Assembly (NCBI GenBank): GCA_030141605.1
Contig: JAQGDQ010000151.1
Coordinates: forward strand, 124,001-188,000
DNA: 64,000 nucleotides
DNA from: Tubiluchus corallicola
Taxonomy: Eukaryota > Animalia > Priapulida
Direction of reading: 5' to 3'
The notes beneath the pieces were generated by a model. That model did no database searches, was not told the DNA's origin, and was given only the letters and a program-made list of their open reading frames with translations. Made by a program: the position numbers and the translations under genes. Positions 1 through 13,700 of this stretch are shown in pieces. The first letter of the stretch is position 1; every line of letters begins with the position of its first letter.

Positions 1-59
1 CTAGAAACAGCTTTGACAACAGTGTTCAAACTTTTTGAATTAAACTCTACTTTTCATCA

Positions 60-660
60 CACCATAATATAAATATTTTCGTTTTTTGTACATATGTCAT
101 GCAACTGTACATGAAAACTATAATTGGAAAACATACATGAATAAGGAAAATGCTGCTGCTTGCTACAATACTTCAGTACCACGTTATGGAACAGCTCAAG
201 TTCCCCAGTATAACAAAAGTTTATTAGGTGTGGTAAAGCCTTCATTAAGCTTTTATCCAAAACAACAACTTGTGGAGCTTTATGAGGTGACCCTGCCTCT
301 AGCCATGATGTAGTTTTTTCTTCATCTGTTGGTAGCAGCTCATGAGCACATTTGTGGTACAGCACATCACCCACCCAACTTGGTTTACTAGATATGTGGT
401 TCAAAGTAGAGACACATTTCCCTGCACAAAATAATGTCAGTATTAATTGAAATTTAGCTATAATCACCAAATATGTGTAAAAATTCACGATTTGAATACT
501 AAAAGCCATTAAATTTTTTTACAAGCTTTTGTTAGCAATTGGGGATCTCTTGCAAATTCTGCAACACCACCACAAGTGATTACAAATGCTTTGGATTCAT
601 GACCCAGGTCTTTGCAAGATTTTGATTTTGATGTTATCATGTTTCATGTTTCAGCCTATT
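60..660 (-). mobile_element. Degenerate DNA-transposon transposase fragment (Kolobok-like)
   Basis: Minus-strand frames give IQSICNHLWWCC, HKCAHELL..WLEAGS and FCYTGELELFHNVVLKYCSKQQHFPYSCM, which I recall as the C-terminal pattern of Kolobok-type transposases; frameshifted. Confidence 0.55.
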
Positions 661-1455
661 CAATGATCTCTTGTGACCTTCCGGCTCCATAGCGTTTGAG
701 TTTTTAACCTATGCAAAGAAAATACATGTCGAATTAATATCCCATAATATGTGTTATCAGTATGTTATTCCTTATTTAATTTTTTGCAAACAAAAATAGT
801 TCGGGCTGACAATTGATGCTTTTATTACTTGTCAAATTGTGATTTAAATGTCTTGGTGTAAATTTAGAATGCCTTTTAACAGTTGCTGTTGTAGTTATCT
901 GTAATGTTGAAGGAATAACTGTGGAATACTTGAGTGGTCACGTTGTATGCTTGATTGCTAAGAAAACGAATGCAGGGCTTAGTTAATAATTAGACTGATG
1001 ATTGGCCACCTGTCAGGAAATTATAGTTTGGACAAAATGCAATTCCTAAGTAATTATACATGGCAAGTTCAACGGAGGCAATACTATGCCCTTCAGGGCC
1101 TTGATACCTATGAAAAAGCGATAAGTTCTGATTTCACTAAGCCTTCAATTGTCAAGCACAACAGCTCTTATTCAAAATTATTCTAAATCTTGTTTTAAAA
1201 ACATTTTAACTATTTTAAAACATTTTTGTGTAAAAAAACAAAAGCTGTCACATAAAGCATCTCCTGTCCCATAAGCAGAATCTTACCACAGTTTTTACAC
1301 AGTCAAAACGGTCCACTAGTTATTATTATAGATAGTAAAAAGGATTTGGAACTCACAGGAACCAAAAAGGAAAATATGGCACAAAACATGTTACAGTAAA
1401 TTGCTGTGTCTGGGTTTACATAACTGTTGGTACTTATAGTGTACATTTTTGACAG

Positions 1456-1712
1456 GTGCGTGAAAAATTGTAAAGAAAAGATAAATCCTAATGAGAACCT
1501 GATTTTGCGAGCAGAATGCTCTGATTGCGATGAAGAAGCTTTAGAGTCGATTTCATACGATTGGGAGATTATCCGTGGAAAACCTAATGTTGAGCGGCCG
1601 TATATTGTCTACAATACTAACTTCTATTTAACATACTTTCCTCAGACGGACCACATTACTTTACTAGCAGAGCTTTTCTTTGAAGGATTTGAATACTACA
1701 TAAAACTTAAAG
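1456..1712 (+). CDS. PKD1-like exon 1 in window (REJ)
   Basis: gacag|...aaag|gtatg; [24 protein letters not shown]...YYIKLK. Confidence 0.9.
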
Positions 1713-4700
1713 GTATGCAGTGCATGCTGAAGCTTTTCTACTATTTGTAGCCTAAAGCAAAGAAGTAATTTTTAAATGTACAATAAATACTTTTGATATC
1801 GAATACAAAACCCTTTTAAGTAACGTTTTTCGGATTACTAAATTAGATTGGGGATACATTTGTTAATCGGGAATAAGTTATTCAAATTCATTTCAGTTTT
1901 TAATAACATCTTATAACAGTTGAAAGACATAAAATGACACAACGTTTCAGTTTATCCCAGTGAATTATCTTATTCATTTGTTAGTATTAATTAGGCACAA
2001 AAATGTGTAATTTGCACTAGTTAGTAAAAATGAGCAAAAAATTCTATAATTATATTAATTGTGACCTAAATTTTGTCTACATCTGTGTGCCATGGATGAC
2101 AGCAAAGGACTAAATTTTCAAAGAGATTCACTGCTTGTCAATTCAAATGGAAGCAGATATATATTGAAAAGTAAAGGAAGATTTAAAACATTTTAAAAAC
2201 CTTAATAAGCAGAAATAACACGAACTTCTGAATGAAGAAAATAGCAAAAACACACAGAGTGGCATAAACATTGAAACGCATGTTTTTGAATTGTATAATG
2301 ACGAATGACAGCTTGTTTAAATGACGTCAGTGATGTCATCTGAACTACATCAATATAGGTAATTCATTCCAGCGGCAACACAACCTATTACGGAATGTGG
2401 CCACTGGCAGTTGGTTCTGTTTCTATTCAAAAACACTCAACTATGCATACAGATTAATCGTGAATACTACCGCTGTGGCACTCGAGATTAATATGTTTGA
2501 GAGTTGCAGCCAATGACTGCATGGTTTTGATTTTTGAGGCACATGTAACGCCTTGCAACTTTCGTTTTCGTTTCTCTTTCTTTTCCTGTTTTTATTCTTT
2601 CTTTTACTCGATGATGGCTTACACCAGTAAACTTAAACATCGTGTTTTTTTTCAATTCTTTATTTTGGGATTCTTCTTTCATTGTTGAAATTCCTGTTAA
2701 CAATTCTTTGTGTTATCAAATTGACTTTTATTTGACCATAGTACTTATAGATTGGAACATTTTATTATGTAGATTTTCACATTTCCAAACAAATTATTGC
2801 TGCATGCCGGATCAAAAAATAATATTCAAATACTTTGTTACCCACCCTCATACATTTTGGCATAAACGACTACATGCATTGCTTTTTAGTGTTAAAACAA
2901 CCTGCCCCATTCTGTCATTAAAATAAATTGATTTGATTTGATTTGGTCACTACTAGTTTTACTAGTTGATTAAAGACCACTATGGGTAAGATGACTCATC
3001 TTGGATGAGATTCCCCTAATTCGGTCTTCAAAATGTGCAAGACTAAACTGCATCTCTATTTCTCTCCACAGTATGCTTTCACTTTCGCTGAACCTTATTT
3101 AAAATATTCTAGGCTTTTTCATTTTAAACGTCACTAAAAACTGCTCAAGGTTTAGAAATTTGTTAATTGGCTGTCACTATGTTCATGGAGTTGGATATGA
3201 ATTATATTGCAAAAATCAGTATGCGCTCTATCTATGCTGATAGAAGCAGTATTGATGTTCAATGCATTTTAATAGAAATGATTACCAGGCAAATGAGCAA
3301 CATGATTAAATTAGCATATTCTTTCTTACCTTGAACTACTGCAGGTCAAATGCTTTACCACTGCTTCATTGCTTATACTTAGTGCATGATTTATGAGACT
3401 GTTAAGTGAATTATGACATTAGCAGGAATAATATTCGGATTATTATAAACCCAAAAAAATTCGCTTTTTGAAAAAGCTAGTAGGTGTGATGTTCAATTTC
3501 CAAGTGAGTTAGGAACCCCGGTGGTTTAGGGACCCCTGTCAGCCCACCCCTTTGGGGAAAATTGAATATTCCAATCCCCCTAGGTTGGTGGTGTGTATTT
3601 CCACGTTTGTTTATTTGTTTGTTTACTTTTTGTCCATGGAAAAAATTTGCTATCGGAGGGATGAAATTGGCGATCTGCGAACTGTTAGGCGGGTTCCCTT
3701 TGCCTGTTCTGGCTGAGCCAGCTGGGCTTGCTGGCACTATGAGTACTAAATGTGGCGCACCATTGTTTAAAAGCTTTCTGAAGCATGTTCGAAATTATTT
3801 CTAATTGCTTTAGTAAATTACCTCTAATTGCATTAATGATTTTCTTTTCCAGCCGATGAAAAAACTTGCATGCGGGATTTGTGGGTGCGCATCGCCGCTA
3901 ACATGTCGAGAAGAGTTTGCAACGGTTTTCCAAAAATGAGAAAACAACAAAGATTATTGTCGAAGGCAATTTGACGTTAAATTTAATCGATTTAATGAAT
4001 TGTTTTAAAGGATTCTACCCTCTCCGGCTTCGCGGAATGACAAATGGGTAGATCTTTGTCACAATTATCAGTGCACGCAAGACGGAGAGAGAGAATTACT
4101 CGCGGCAACCACCAACATTATTACGGCTCCGTAATAGAGAATTATCTATGACCAACACCATGTCGGCTCTGTAACAGAGAATTATCCATGTCCATCACCA
4201 CCGTAGTATCAGAGAATTATCCACAACGCAAAGAGTTCTAATAATGGCAGTTTGCCGAACCATTGCTTATTAATTACAAAATGATAATTTTATTAATAAA
4301 GAAATTAATCTTGCTTATTTTATAATGCAAAATTACTATTAATGTAACGGTTTACATCAGATAATGCCAAACTCCAAAAATCGTATTGCCACAAATGTTT
4401 TTTATTGATGGATTACAAAAAAATCTACACATTTTTTTACAAATACATGCATTTTAGTAAGTACAAAAACTGCTAAAACTAAATTAATGTTACTAACATC
4501 AAGCAAGCAAGCAAACATAATCATAATCATAATCTTTTTAATTTATCTTGCAATACACAGTAATTTTCTCCCTCCATCTTGCGCACACTGACAATTGCGT
4601 AAAAGATCTTCCACATTGTCGCAAGCCGTTCGACGAAACTGTCAAAGATAGCAGCAGACGAGCCTTTAAGACAAAAGGCGAAATTACAGAAACATTTTGG

Positions 4701-7700
4701 GTATTAGATGGCCAAAGAAAATTTCAAACAAAGATCTATATGAAAAAGTAAAAGAACCTTGGACAAGAAAAATAAAAAGACACCATTTAAGATGGCTTGG
4801 GCATATGCTTAGACTACCTGATGATATTCCAGTGAAGGTAGCTCTTCAACAAGCCATAGAACCAGCTAAAAAACCTGCAGGAGGACAAATGTTAACATAT
4901 TTAGATTTTGCACAGAAAGATTTAAACACTTCAGCATTGATCCTTAGAAATAAATGTACTTGGGGGATTGTGGCGAGCAGGGAGTCCTGGCATAGGGAGG
5001 TGAGCAGAATCATGTCACTGGACGTGTGATTCATTGGATGATGATGATGATGGCAAAGATAGGATCATTTAAAATAATTTATTAGATCGATTAAATTTAA
5101 TGTCAAATCGGCCCTTGCATTAATTAATTATTTGACAATAATATTTGCAGTTCATTTCTCGTTTTTGGAAAATCGTTGCAGCTCTTTAAACATGTTGACA
5201 GCGATGCAGATCGCAGTAATTCCTGCCCACATGCCCCGAGTGAACATTGTCGCCTGGAAAAGAAAATCATTAAAGCAATATTAGATTATTCGTAAAAAAA
5301 TCATTGTAGCAATTGGAGGTAACCGGTTAAAGCAATTAAAGATAATTTCAAACATGCTTCGTAAAACTTTTAAACAATGGCGTGCGCACAACTCATAGTA
5401 CTAGTAAGCCCGGCCAGATGAGCACCGCCTCTGTGGCACAACAGGTGAAGTGCCCAACTAACAGTCAGTGAATCGCCGATTCGATCCCACCGAGAGAGAA
5501 TTTTTTCCGCTGATGAAAAGTAAAGAAACAAACAAATAAATAAACGTGGAACTACACACAACCAACCTAGGGGGATTGGAAAATTCTATTCTTCCCAAAA
5601 AGGATGGGCTGACAGTGGTCCCTAAACCCCGGGGGTCCCTAACTCACGTAGAAACCGAACATCACACTTACTGTTGCAGATTCAAATCCGTTGTGCATTC
5701 CAACTTTTTAACTTTCATGTCCTTTATTTTTGGTTAATAATGGGGAAATACCTATGTATAGTATAACAATGTATAGTCAACACTCGTCATCAAGGCCAAG
5801 ATCACACTGAACAATGTATAATCAATACTCATAATCAATGCAAAGATCACACTGAACAATGTATAGTCAACACTCATACTCAATGCAAAGATCACACTGA
5901 AATATGTATAGTCAACATTCATAATCAATGCAAAGATCACACTGAACAATGTATAGTCAACACTCATAATCAATGCAAGAGCACACTGAACAATGTGTAG
6001 TCAACATTCATAATCAAAGCAAAGATCACACTGAACAATGTATAGTCAACAATCGTCATCAATGCAAAGATCACACTGAGTAAGAATAGTGATAAAAAAT
6101 AGTTTGGATAAAGATGGTCATGGGAGTGGGTTTTACGTATTATGTTTTTAGTTTTTTGAGAGGTGATTATGTTTTAATTTTTGCAGGATTGTAATTAATA
6201 ATTATAAAATAGTTTGTGTTAATTTTTTATTTTATTATTTTATATTTATACATTATTAATAAGATTATCAGGATTATTAATACTCATACATTATTAGTAA
6301 AATAAATTCTTTCATAAGTTATTAGTGAAATTTTTTTGAAATTTTGATATTTTGAAAGCGTAAAGACAGAAAGAGTAGATGGCTGTAGGTTAGAGCATGT
6401 TAGTTGAATAATAATAAAGTAAGTCAGCAAGCCAGATTAGACAGGGATGTGTACCCAAATATATGTTTGTGAAAACCAATGTAAAAATTGGTCCTTGAAA
6501 TGCGATAATCAAAGAGATTACGCTAAGTACGAGCATATGTCTTAGGCTGTACTGAAGTATATATCGCTAAGCAGCGGCCGACCAGCTAAGTGGCACATGG
6601 CAATTGTTAGTATATGTAGTTTGTACTAGAGAGAAAAGAAATATATAAGAATGTGAAAAAGGAAAAAGTAAGGCAGGTCAGCAAGAACAGGACAGCATTA
6701 AAAAATAGTTTGGAGAAAGAGGGTCATGGGAGCAGGTTCACACATCATAGCTTTAGTTTTTTGAGAGGTGATTTTATTTCATTTTTGTAAAAGTGTAATT
6801 AGTAATTATAAATGGTTGTGTTGTTGGAGAGAATTTTTTATACTTATATTTATAATATTTTGCAAGGAGCATGTTATGAAGGAGTCAGGAATACAAAACA
6901 CGAATACAAATACAGGTTTTTTGGAGTCCTCAGGAGGAGACTTGAGAGACGAATTTCGGCTGCTAATATATATACTATATTATGATAATAAAGATAGACT
7001 GGTGAAATGACACACTAAAGAAAAAATAGACTGGCAAAAAGATAAACTAGCAAAACGATGCACTGGTGAATTGTGATGTTGCAATCACTTAAAACCTTGA
7101 AACATCTAAGAGTCTCGCACAAAGGCTGATACAGTATAGTGGCACTATGCCATTTTTCATATTCTTGTTCATATTGTTATTGCCAATTGTATTTTCTCTT
7201 TATTTTGTAATGTGTTGTAAGCGTTTCAAAGACACTGCAACAAATATTGGTTAAATCACATTGTGTTAAAAAAAGACCTTTTGCTGTACAAAAGACAAAA
7301 CTTTAAATAAATAAACTGACCCATGGTTTTGACACAATGAATACATGAATAATAAATACAAGTTCATGAATACCCAATTAAAACCTGTCCTCCTTTTTGG
7401 TGCTCAAACATGATTATCTAGCTCCTTGCAGTTCTTGCGTGATGAATCTCTTGCACTTTGATTTTGCCGTAAGTGACTAGTTTAGTAATACTACAGTTAT
7501 GAAGCCCATACTAAAACCTAGGAAAATGTGACAGTATTTTCAGGTGTAAAATTGAATGATTATTTGTTTAGCTGGACCGTCGAAGTTTGGACTTGCTGTG
7601 TATGTAGCTGATGTGTCAAATTCTCCACCGGAGAAGAAGAACTGTACTCTCAATCCTCCTCAAGGTAACAAAAAGCGCTTAATTAATATTAAATATCTGT

Positions 7701-10700
7701 TACATTTGCTAAGTTTTTAAAAATTGTGAAAAGATGATTTTAGTGGAATATTTGGGTGTAAGTAATTAAGTTATAGTTAGATTTAAAAATAAACTCAGAT
7801 TTTGGCAATAAATAACAGAAGTAGAAAGGCATTTTGGAGATTTTAGCTGTGCACTGCAATACTTATCTTGTTACAAAGAGAAGGACGTTTTGGAGATACA
7901 CTGTAATATTCCTCTAGTTGCATTTTTTACGAAAATATTTTGTTAGTGTGAATATGCATAACTGACTTATAAGGTTTCTGTTGTCTTTTGTTTGGCATAC
8001 TGTGAAACTGGTAATTTCACGCTGAGTATAAAAGTTGATACAACATTGATACAAATGAACTGAAAATAAAATAAATCGAGTTTTTAAATTCCAATGTAAG
8101 GTTAACAATTTTTTTTTATTTTCAATGCGAGCCTCACCCGGGAATGTTGAATTATTTGGGCTGAAAATTAGTCTTGCTGAATTCTCTTGCAATTTTAATT
8201 GACAATACAACAATTAACAATATGAATCTAAAACCAGGCCGGTTTCTCTCCCCGACTAATGAAAAATTGAGCATTTTCGTCACAGTATAACATACACTGG
8301 CAAAACATAGTTGCAGCTTAAGTGCTCTATTGTCCCAAAAAAGCGGCGAGCCATTTTACAGGCGCGTGAAAAGTCATGCTGATTGAGATATCAGCAGAGC
8401 TTGACTGATAATGATTGACATTAATTAATTGGTGTGCAGACATTTCGGCACAAGACATTTGGACACAAAAACATTCAGACACATAGGACATTTGGACACA
8501 AAGACATTGAGACACATTACTTAAGCTGTTTACAAAAGGAGTTTTGAACACTTGGTATTTTTGGCATTGGATATTTAGGTAGGTTGGTAACCTGAATTCA
8601 GTAACTGTTCAGTCACAAAAAGTAGCATTTGGATTCAATCGGGAGATCATACCGTTTATCAACATTGGTTATTTAGTTAGGTACTGTCCTGGAGATAAGT
8701 GAATTTAAATCTTTATTTGTAAAATCAAGGGCTTTCTAATGTCTAATAAACGATTATATAATTCACTTTGAAATATTCGTTTTCTCGCTTTCTCGAATGC
8801 AATCTTTCCTCAACAATAACTGCAATTTCTAGGTTTAAAGTAGCCGTAAATATTAGGGTGCATAGTATGCAGACATCCAGATGCAGTGATGGCAGTTGTG
8901 GTGATTACGGCAATTACGGCAATTACGGCAGGTGTGATTGCCACAGTGCGGCGACTACGACGACCACAGCGAAATTGCTGTAACTTTTTACACTGCACTA
9001 GTAGGGGTAATGCATGAAGACTGCGTGATTTAGGGATCCCCGGGGTTTATCCCGACCCCCCTCATTTTTTAAATAATGAGGGACCTATCCATTCCTATCC
9101 TTAACCCTAGCACCTTCTAAATAATGTCCAAGCATAACCCTAACTCGTTAAATTATGAGTTAACCGCCGGATCGACGAGTGTCGACGTGAAGTTATCGGA
9201 ATTGGTTAAACATAAAATTATGAAATTATTTTATTGGTAGTATTGGCAGTATTGGAAATTATACACGGTTGAAGTCTACTACAGAATACGATTGAATGAT
9301 GTCTACCACAGGATACAATACACATCTTCCTGATGAATTAATTATTAGTGAGATTGGTAACTTAGACGTCAGCAAAGAAATTAAGCAGATGCTTCAGACT
9401 CCTGAAATTTTACAAGCATTTTCAACGGTTGTGAGTTCATTGGTTCCCAAAATTACTATGAAGCAGATCAAGGAGGAGATGGTAGAAATGCGTGAAGAGA
9501 TTAAACACCTTCGTCAAAAGACTAATAACTTGCAACAGTACAGCAGAAGGTGCAGTGTTGGATTTTTTGAGAAGCCTTAAAGAGAAGATGAAAACGTCAC
9601 TGAAATGGTGATAAACTTTTGCAATGAAGTGCTTAAATTAGATCATATAAACGTGAAATCTATTGAGAGGTTCCATCACGCTGGGAAAGCAAGAGATGGT
9701 AGGCACAGAGCGATATTATGCAAATTCATTTGTTATGATTATAAACGGGACGTGATTCTTGCAGTTAGAAATATTATCAAGGAATGCCGTAGAGAACCAT
9801 TGCCTCGTCTAAAAGTATACGAGGACTTAACCGGATCAAACATGGAAGTGGTTCGAGAAGCCCTAAAGTTACGCAACAAAAAGAAAGTCCGTAGTGTATG
9901 GACGGCCGACGGAAAAATAATGATTAAGAACAATAGCAATAGAATCGTCCCTATAACTAATTTGTCCGAGCTACGTGAAGTATTTAGAGACGATGCGATT
10001 GAATCAAGTATTGTAGAGCAACGCTGCCACGGAGTTTACTGGGTGTACTGGATTTCTGCCAGTGAATCAGCAGAGTGTACTACACCAAGAAAAAGTGCTG
10101 GGTCATCAACGTCAATTTCCGAAGCCTGATATGTCCACCAGGTCTCTTCACAAATTAACTTATTATGGAATCCGAGGCATTGCCAATACTTGTTTTGTCA
10201 GTTATTTAACCAGTCGTACTCAACAAGTAAGAAGTAATAACTGTTTACCGGGTGTCCAAACTATGAAATGTGGCATTCCCCAGGGTTCCATATTGGGACC
10301 TCTGTTATTTTTGCTTTAAATAAATGATCTAAGTAATTTATTACCTAACTCGAATCTATTTCAGTTTACTGATGATGCAACTCTATTTTTTAATCTCTCT
10401 TCTTATTCAATAGAACAGATAAATGAGATGCTACCTGTAATTGCAGATTGGTTCGGATCTAACAAATTATCTCTTAAACCCAACAAAACAAAATGCATGA
10501 TTTTTCATAACAAAAACAAAAAAACTTCTAAATGATATAAATATATACATTGATGGATCTTTGATTGAGCGTGTAAATACTTAGGAATAGTCCTGCACGA
10601 AAATTTAGGCTGGAAGCCTCAGATAAACACGATAGGTCAAAAAATTGCAAAACAACATTAATTGGGTTAATTGGGTCAAAACACGTCATTCCCATAGTAG

Positions 10701-13700
10701 TATGAGTCCATTAAGCGGCGCCTACTGTATGTGTTTTTCTTCATTTTCCTCCTGCTCTACATCTTGTTCTTCTTCTCCTTTTATACTAGTTTGTTTGCCA
10801 TTTTCCTCTTTTGTTTTTATCGTTTCTTTGAAATTTCAGTAATTTAATATCAAGCTCTTGGTTCAGCTTCTTTAGTGTTTCACATTAGTTGTTCAAGTTA
10901 TTTGCTATCTGCCTTTCTTCAACTAGTTTCTCTGTATTTTTTCGATTTTTTTTAAAAACGATTACTTCTTTTAGTTTCTTAATTTCTTTTGCTTTCCTCA
11001 CATTTTTTCGCCAGCTCTATCTTTTCTTGCTGACTATTTGAACTGTTCCTGGCTTGTTTCCCTTGTTCCTTTATTTCTTCATTTAATGTACTGATATCAC
11101 AACAATTTTTTCGTTATATTGGAGCCTGTTCACCTCTTCTATCTCTTTTTTCTATGTCTTGTTGTTGCCTAATTATTTCTCTGTACTTTTCCTCTTCTTC
11201 AAGAAGTCAATAATTTTCTTCATCCCTACACTTCAGGATGCGGATCATGGTAACGTAATTTTTTATTTTAGTTATATCCTTCTGCATGCTATCACATTTG
11301 TCTGACAGAAACTGTGGCTTTTTTGTACTTCTTTGAGCTCATTCGACAATGTTTTGAAATGAGCATGCATATCATGTTTCATAGTCTTCATCATTGTCAT
11401 CAATCTACCTTCAGCAATAGCAATTTCATCATCATCCCCATCAGAGTAAAAGTCATCATCTTCCCTGTCGCCTCGATGACTGCAGTTATCTCTGTCTTCC
11501 ACCATGGTAGAAGCAACTACTAAATAGTAAATACGCACTGTTACACGCTACAATAATATTAGCAACCAGACGAATGCGTGCATAATAAAGTAGTATTTAT
11601 TAAACTAATTAGGAACTTAAACAAAGAAGATCAGAGCAGCATGACAATCTAGAATGCAGAACACTGGGCGCTATTACACTTTCGCACCGCCTAGTTTTTT
11701 CTAGGTTATTACTCGTTTCTAGGCTCGTAGGTGATTATTCTATTATTCTCACGTCATCAGTGAATGTTTCCGCTAATCTAATTGTAATTTAATCATATAT
11801 TTACGTATAATTACCAATAATTACGCTGTATTCACAGTTCTACACCTATACAGTTCGTATTGCCATCTTGTCACGTGACGAATTTCGTACTAGTTTATGC
11901 ATTATGAGGGCCTAGCTTAAAAGACGCGTGACACACTTTTATCTTAGCCGCATTTACGAAATAAAGAAAGAACCTTTACTTTTATATTGTAATAATACTA
12001 CAGTAATAAATAAAATTAATGATAAATAACTGTAGTCGTCTAAAACCCCATGGCTGCAACCCTAATAATCATAAATTATGCGAAAAAAACGAAAAATACA
12101 TGTTAAGGGCCATACAGTCACTGCGCGAGAGCGATTGCGCATCAGTGGTGTAAACACAGCTATTCACGTGGAGCTTTTTGCGTAATGGTGACGGTAAGTA
12201 ATGTATGATTTTAATCTGGAATTATAAGGCCTGAAAACCAATAATATTATGGGAATATGGTGTATATTACGCCTGTTGGTATGCTTTCTGGCCTGCAGGC
12301 GTGAAAACAACCAATAGGCCAGAAAAAACTAGGCGGTGCGAAAGTGTAGTAGCGCCGAACACTGCTAAGCAATCACCACGATCTTTGATCTACACAAACC
12401 ATATCTATGGTATTGTTACACGCACTTGGCGAACAGCTATCAGCATGAGATCTGTAACTATCTTGCTTAGATGCAGCAGAATTTTTCTTGTTGCTTCTTC
12501 TGGCTTTCTTCTTAGTGCCAGGCATTATGTTACTTCGGAAAACCAGAATACTTTCACAGTACGGTAAAGTTTGGTCTAGCACTGTATTAAGTCAGCATGG
12601 ATACTAACCTGGTCCGACACTTGCATTCCAAGAAGCTTATATTCACTTATTGACGAAGTTTTAATCTATTACTTTTTATTCTTTAGCGTTTACTTTGTGT
12701 TAAATAAATAGTGTATTCACTTCGTTTACATAATTTATTTGTTTCCCAAAAATTTGTAAAAACCACCATATTGCGACAACAGCGCCCCCTACTAAAAGGG
12801 ACTAATGTAACTCGGGCATGCAATGTAAGGGTCATTTATGGAATGGAACAATCAACTTTATTCCATTTCCGTAGTCTAACAAACAGAAGAATATAGTAAC
12901 TTAATAAATCTTGCAGACGAGCCCGTGATCAAGTAACATAGAAAAATACATCGCAGGCTTGATGTTCGTATGTTTAAAGGCAAGAGAGACAATATTTTTG
13001 TTGCTCATTTATTGCAAAGCAAGGCTAACTGGCTTAGTTTTTTATTATATTTATGTCTCTGTATTTTGTAGTGCTTTGAAACTTCGTCTCTACATTCTGT
13101 TTAAATTTCGTTTTTTGGCTACTTGAAATGTTAATTTCGTGTTAAGATAGCTGTTGCTTTGCAAATTTGTTTTTATGAAAAAGAGAAATCAGTTTATCTG
13201 TTGATTAGACATGAGTTGTGACTGGGATGTTGTTTATTTATTAGTTGTGACTGTCATGTTGTTTAGTTTCGTTTAGTTTGGCTTAGGTAGTTGTTGTCCT
13301 GGGTGAGCTGTTGTCCCTAATGCTCCTGAGCGTGTTTACGTTACAGCAGGAGTGGAGCGATAGACCAGTACGTTTCACGTCCATTATTCAATTGTGAATG
13401 ATCACGGCATATAATTGGCTACAGAAGTTAAGCAATGCCGTGCCAGGCAACTGATTTGCTGGTAGACTACTTAATAATCTTACTGTTAGGCGGTTATTTT
13501 TACTATGATTCCGAATTATTTTGTTTCTCTCTTAGCATTTAGCAAAGATGTACCATGCATCCAAATGTAACTGTGACATATCTGCCAGTTTAATATTTCA
13601 TATTAGAGGCTTATTTTGATAGTGAAATGGATCTGGTTACTGTAAAAACAACCTGTTAAATGTCTTGCACACAAGCATAATTTATTGGACAAATATCGAC

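Noticed and set aside
5752-5973. Repetitive hydrophobic ORF
   Set aside because: Product of the 45-bp tandem repeat.
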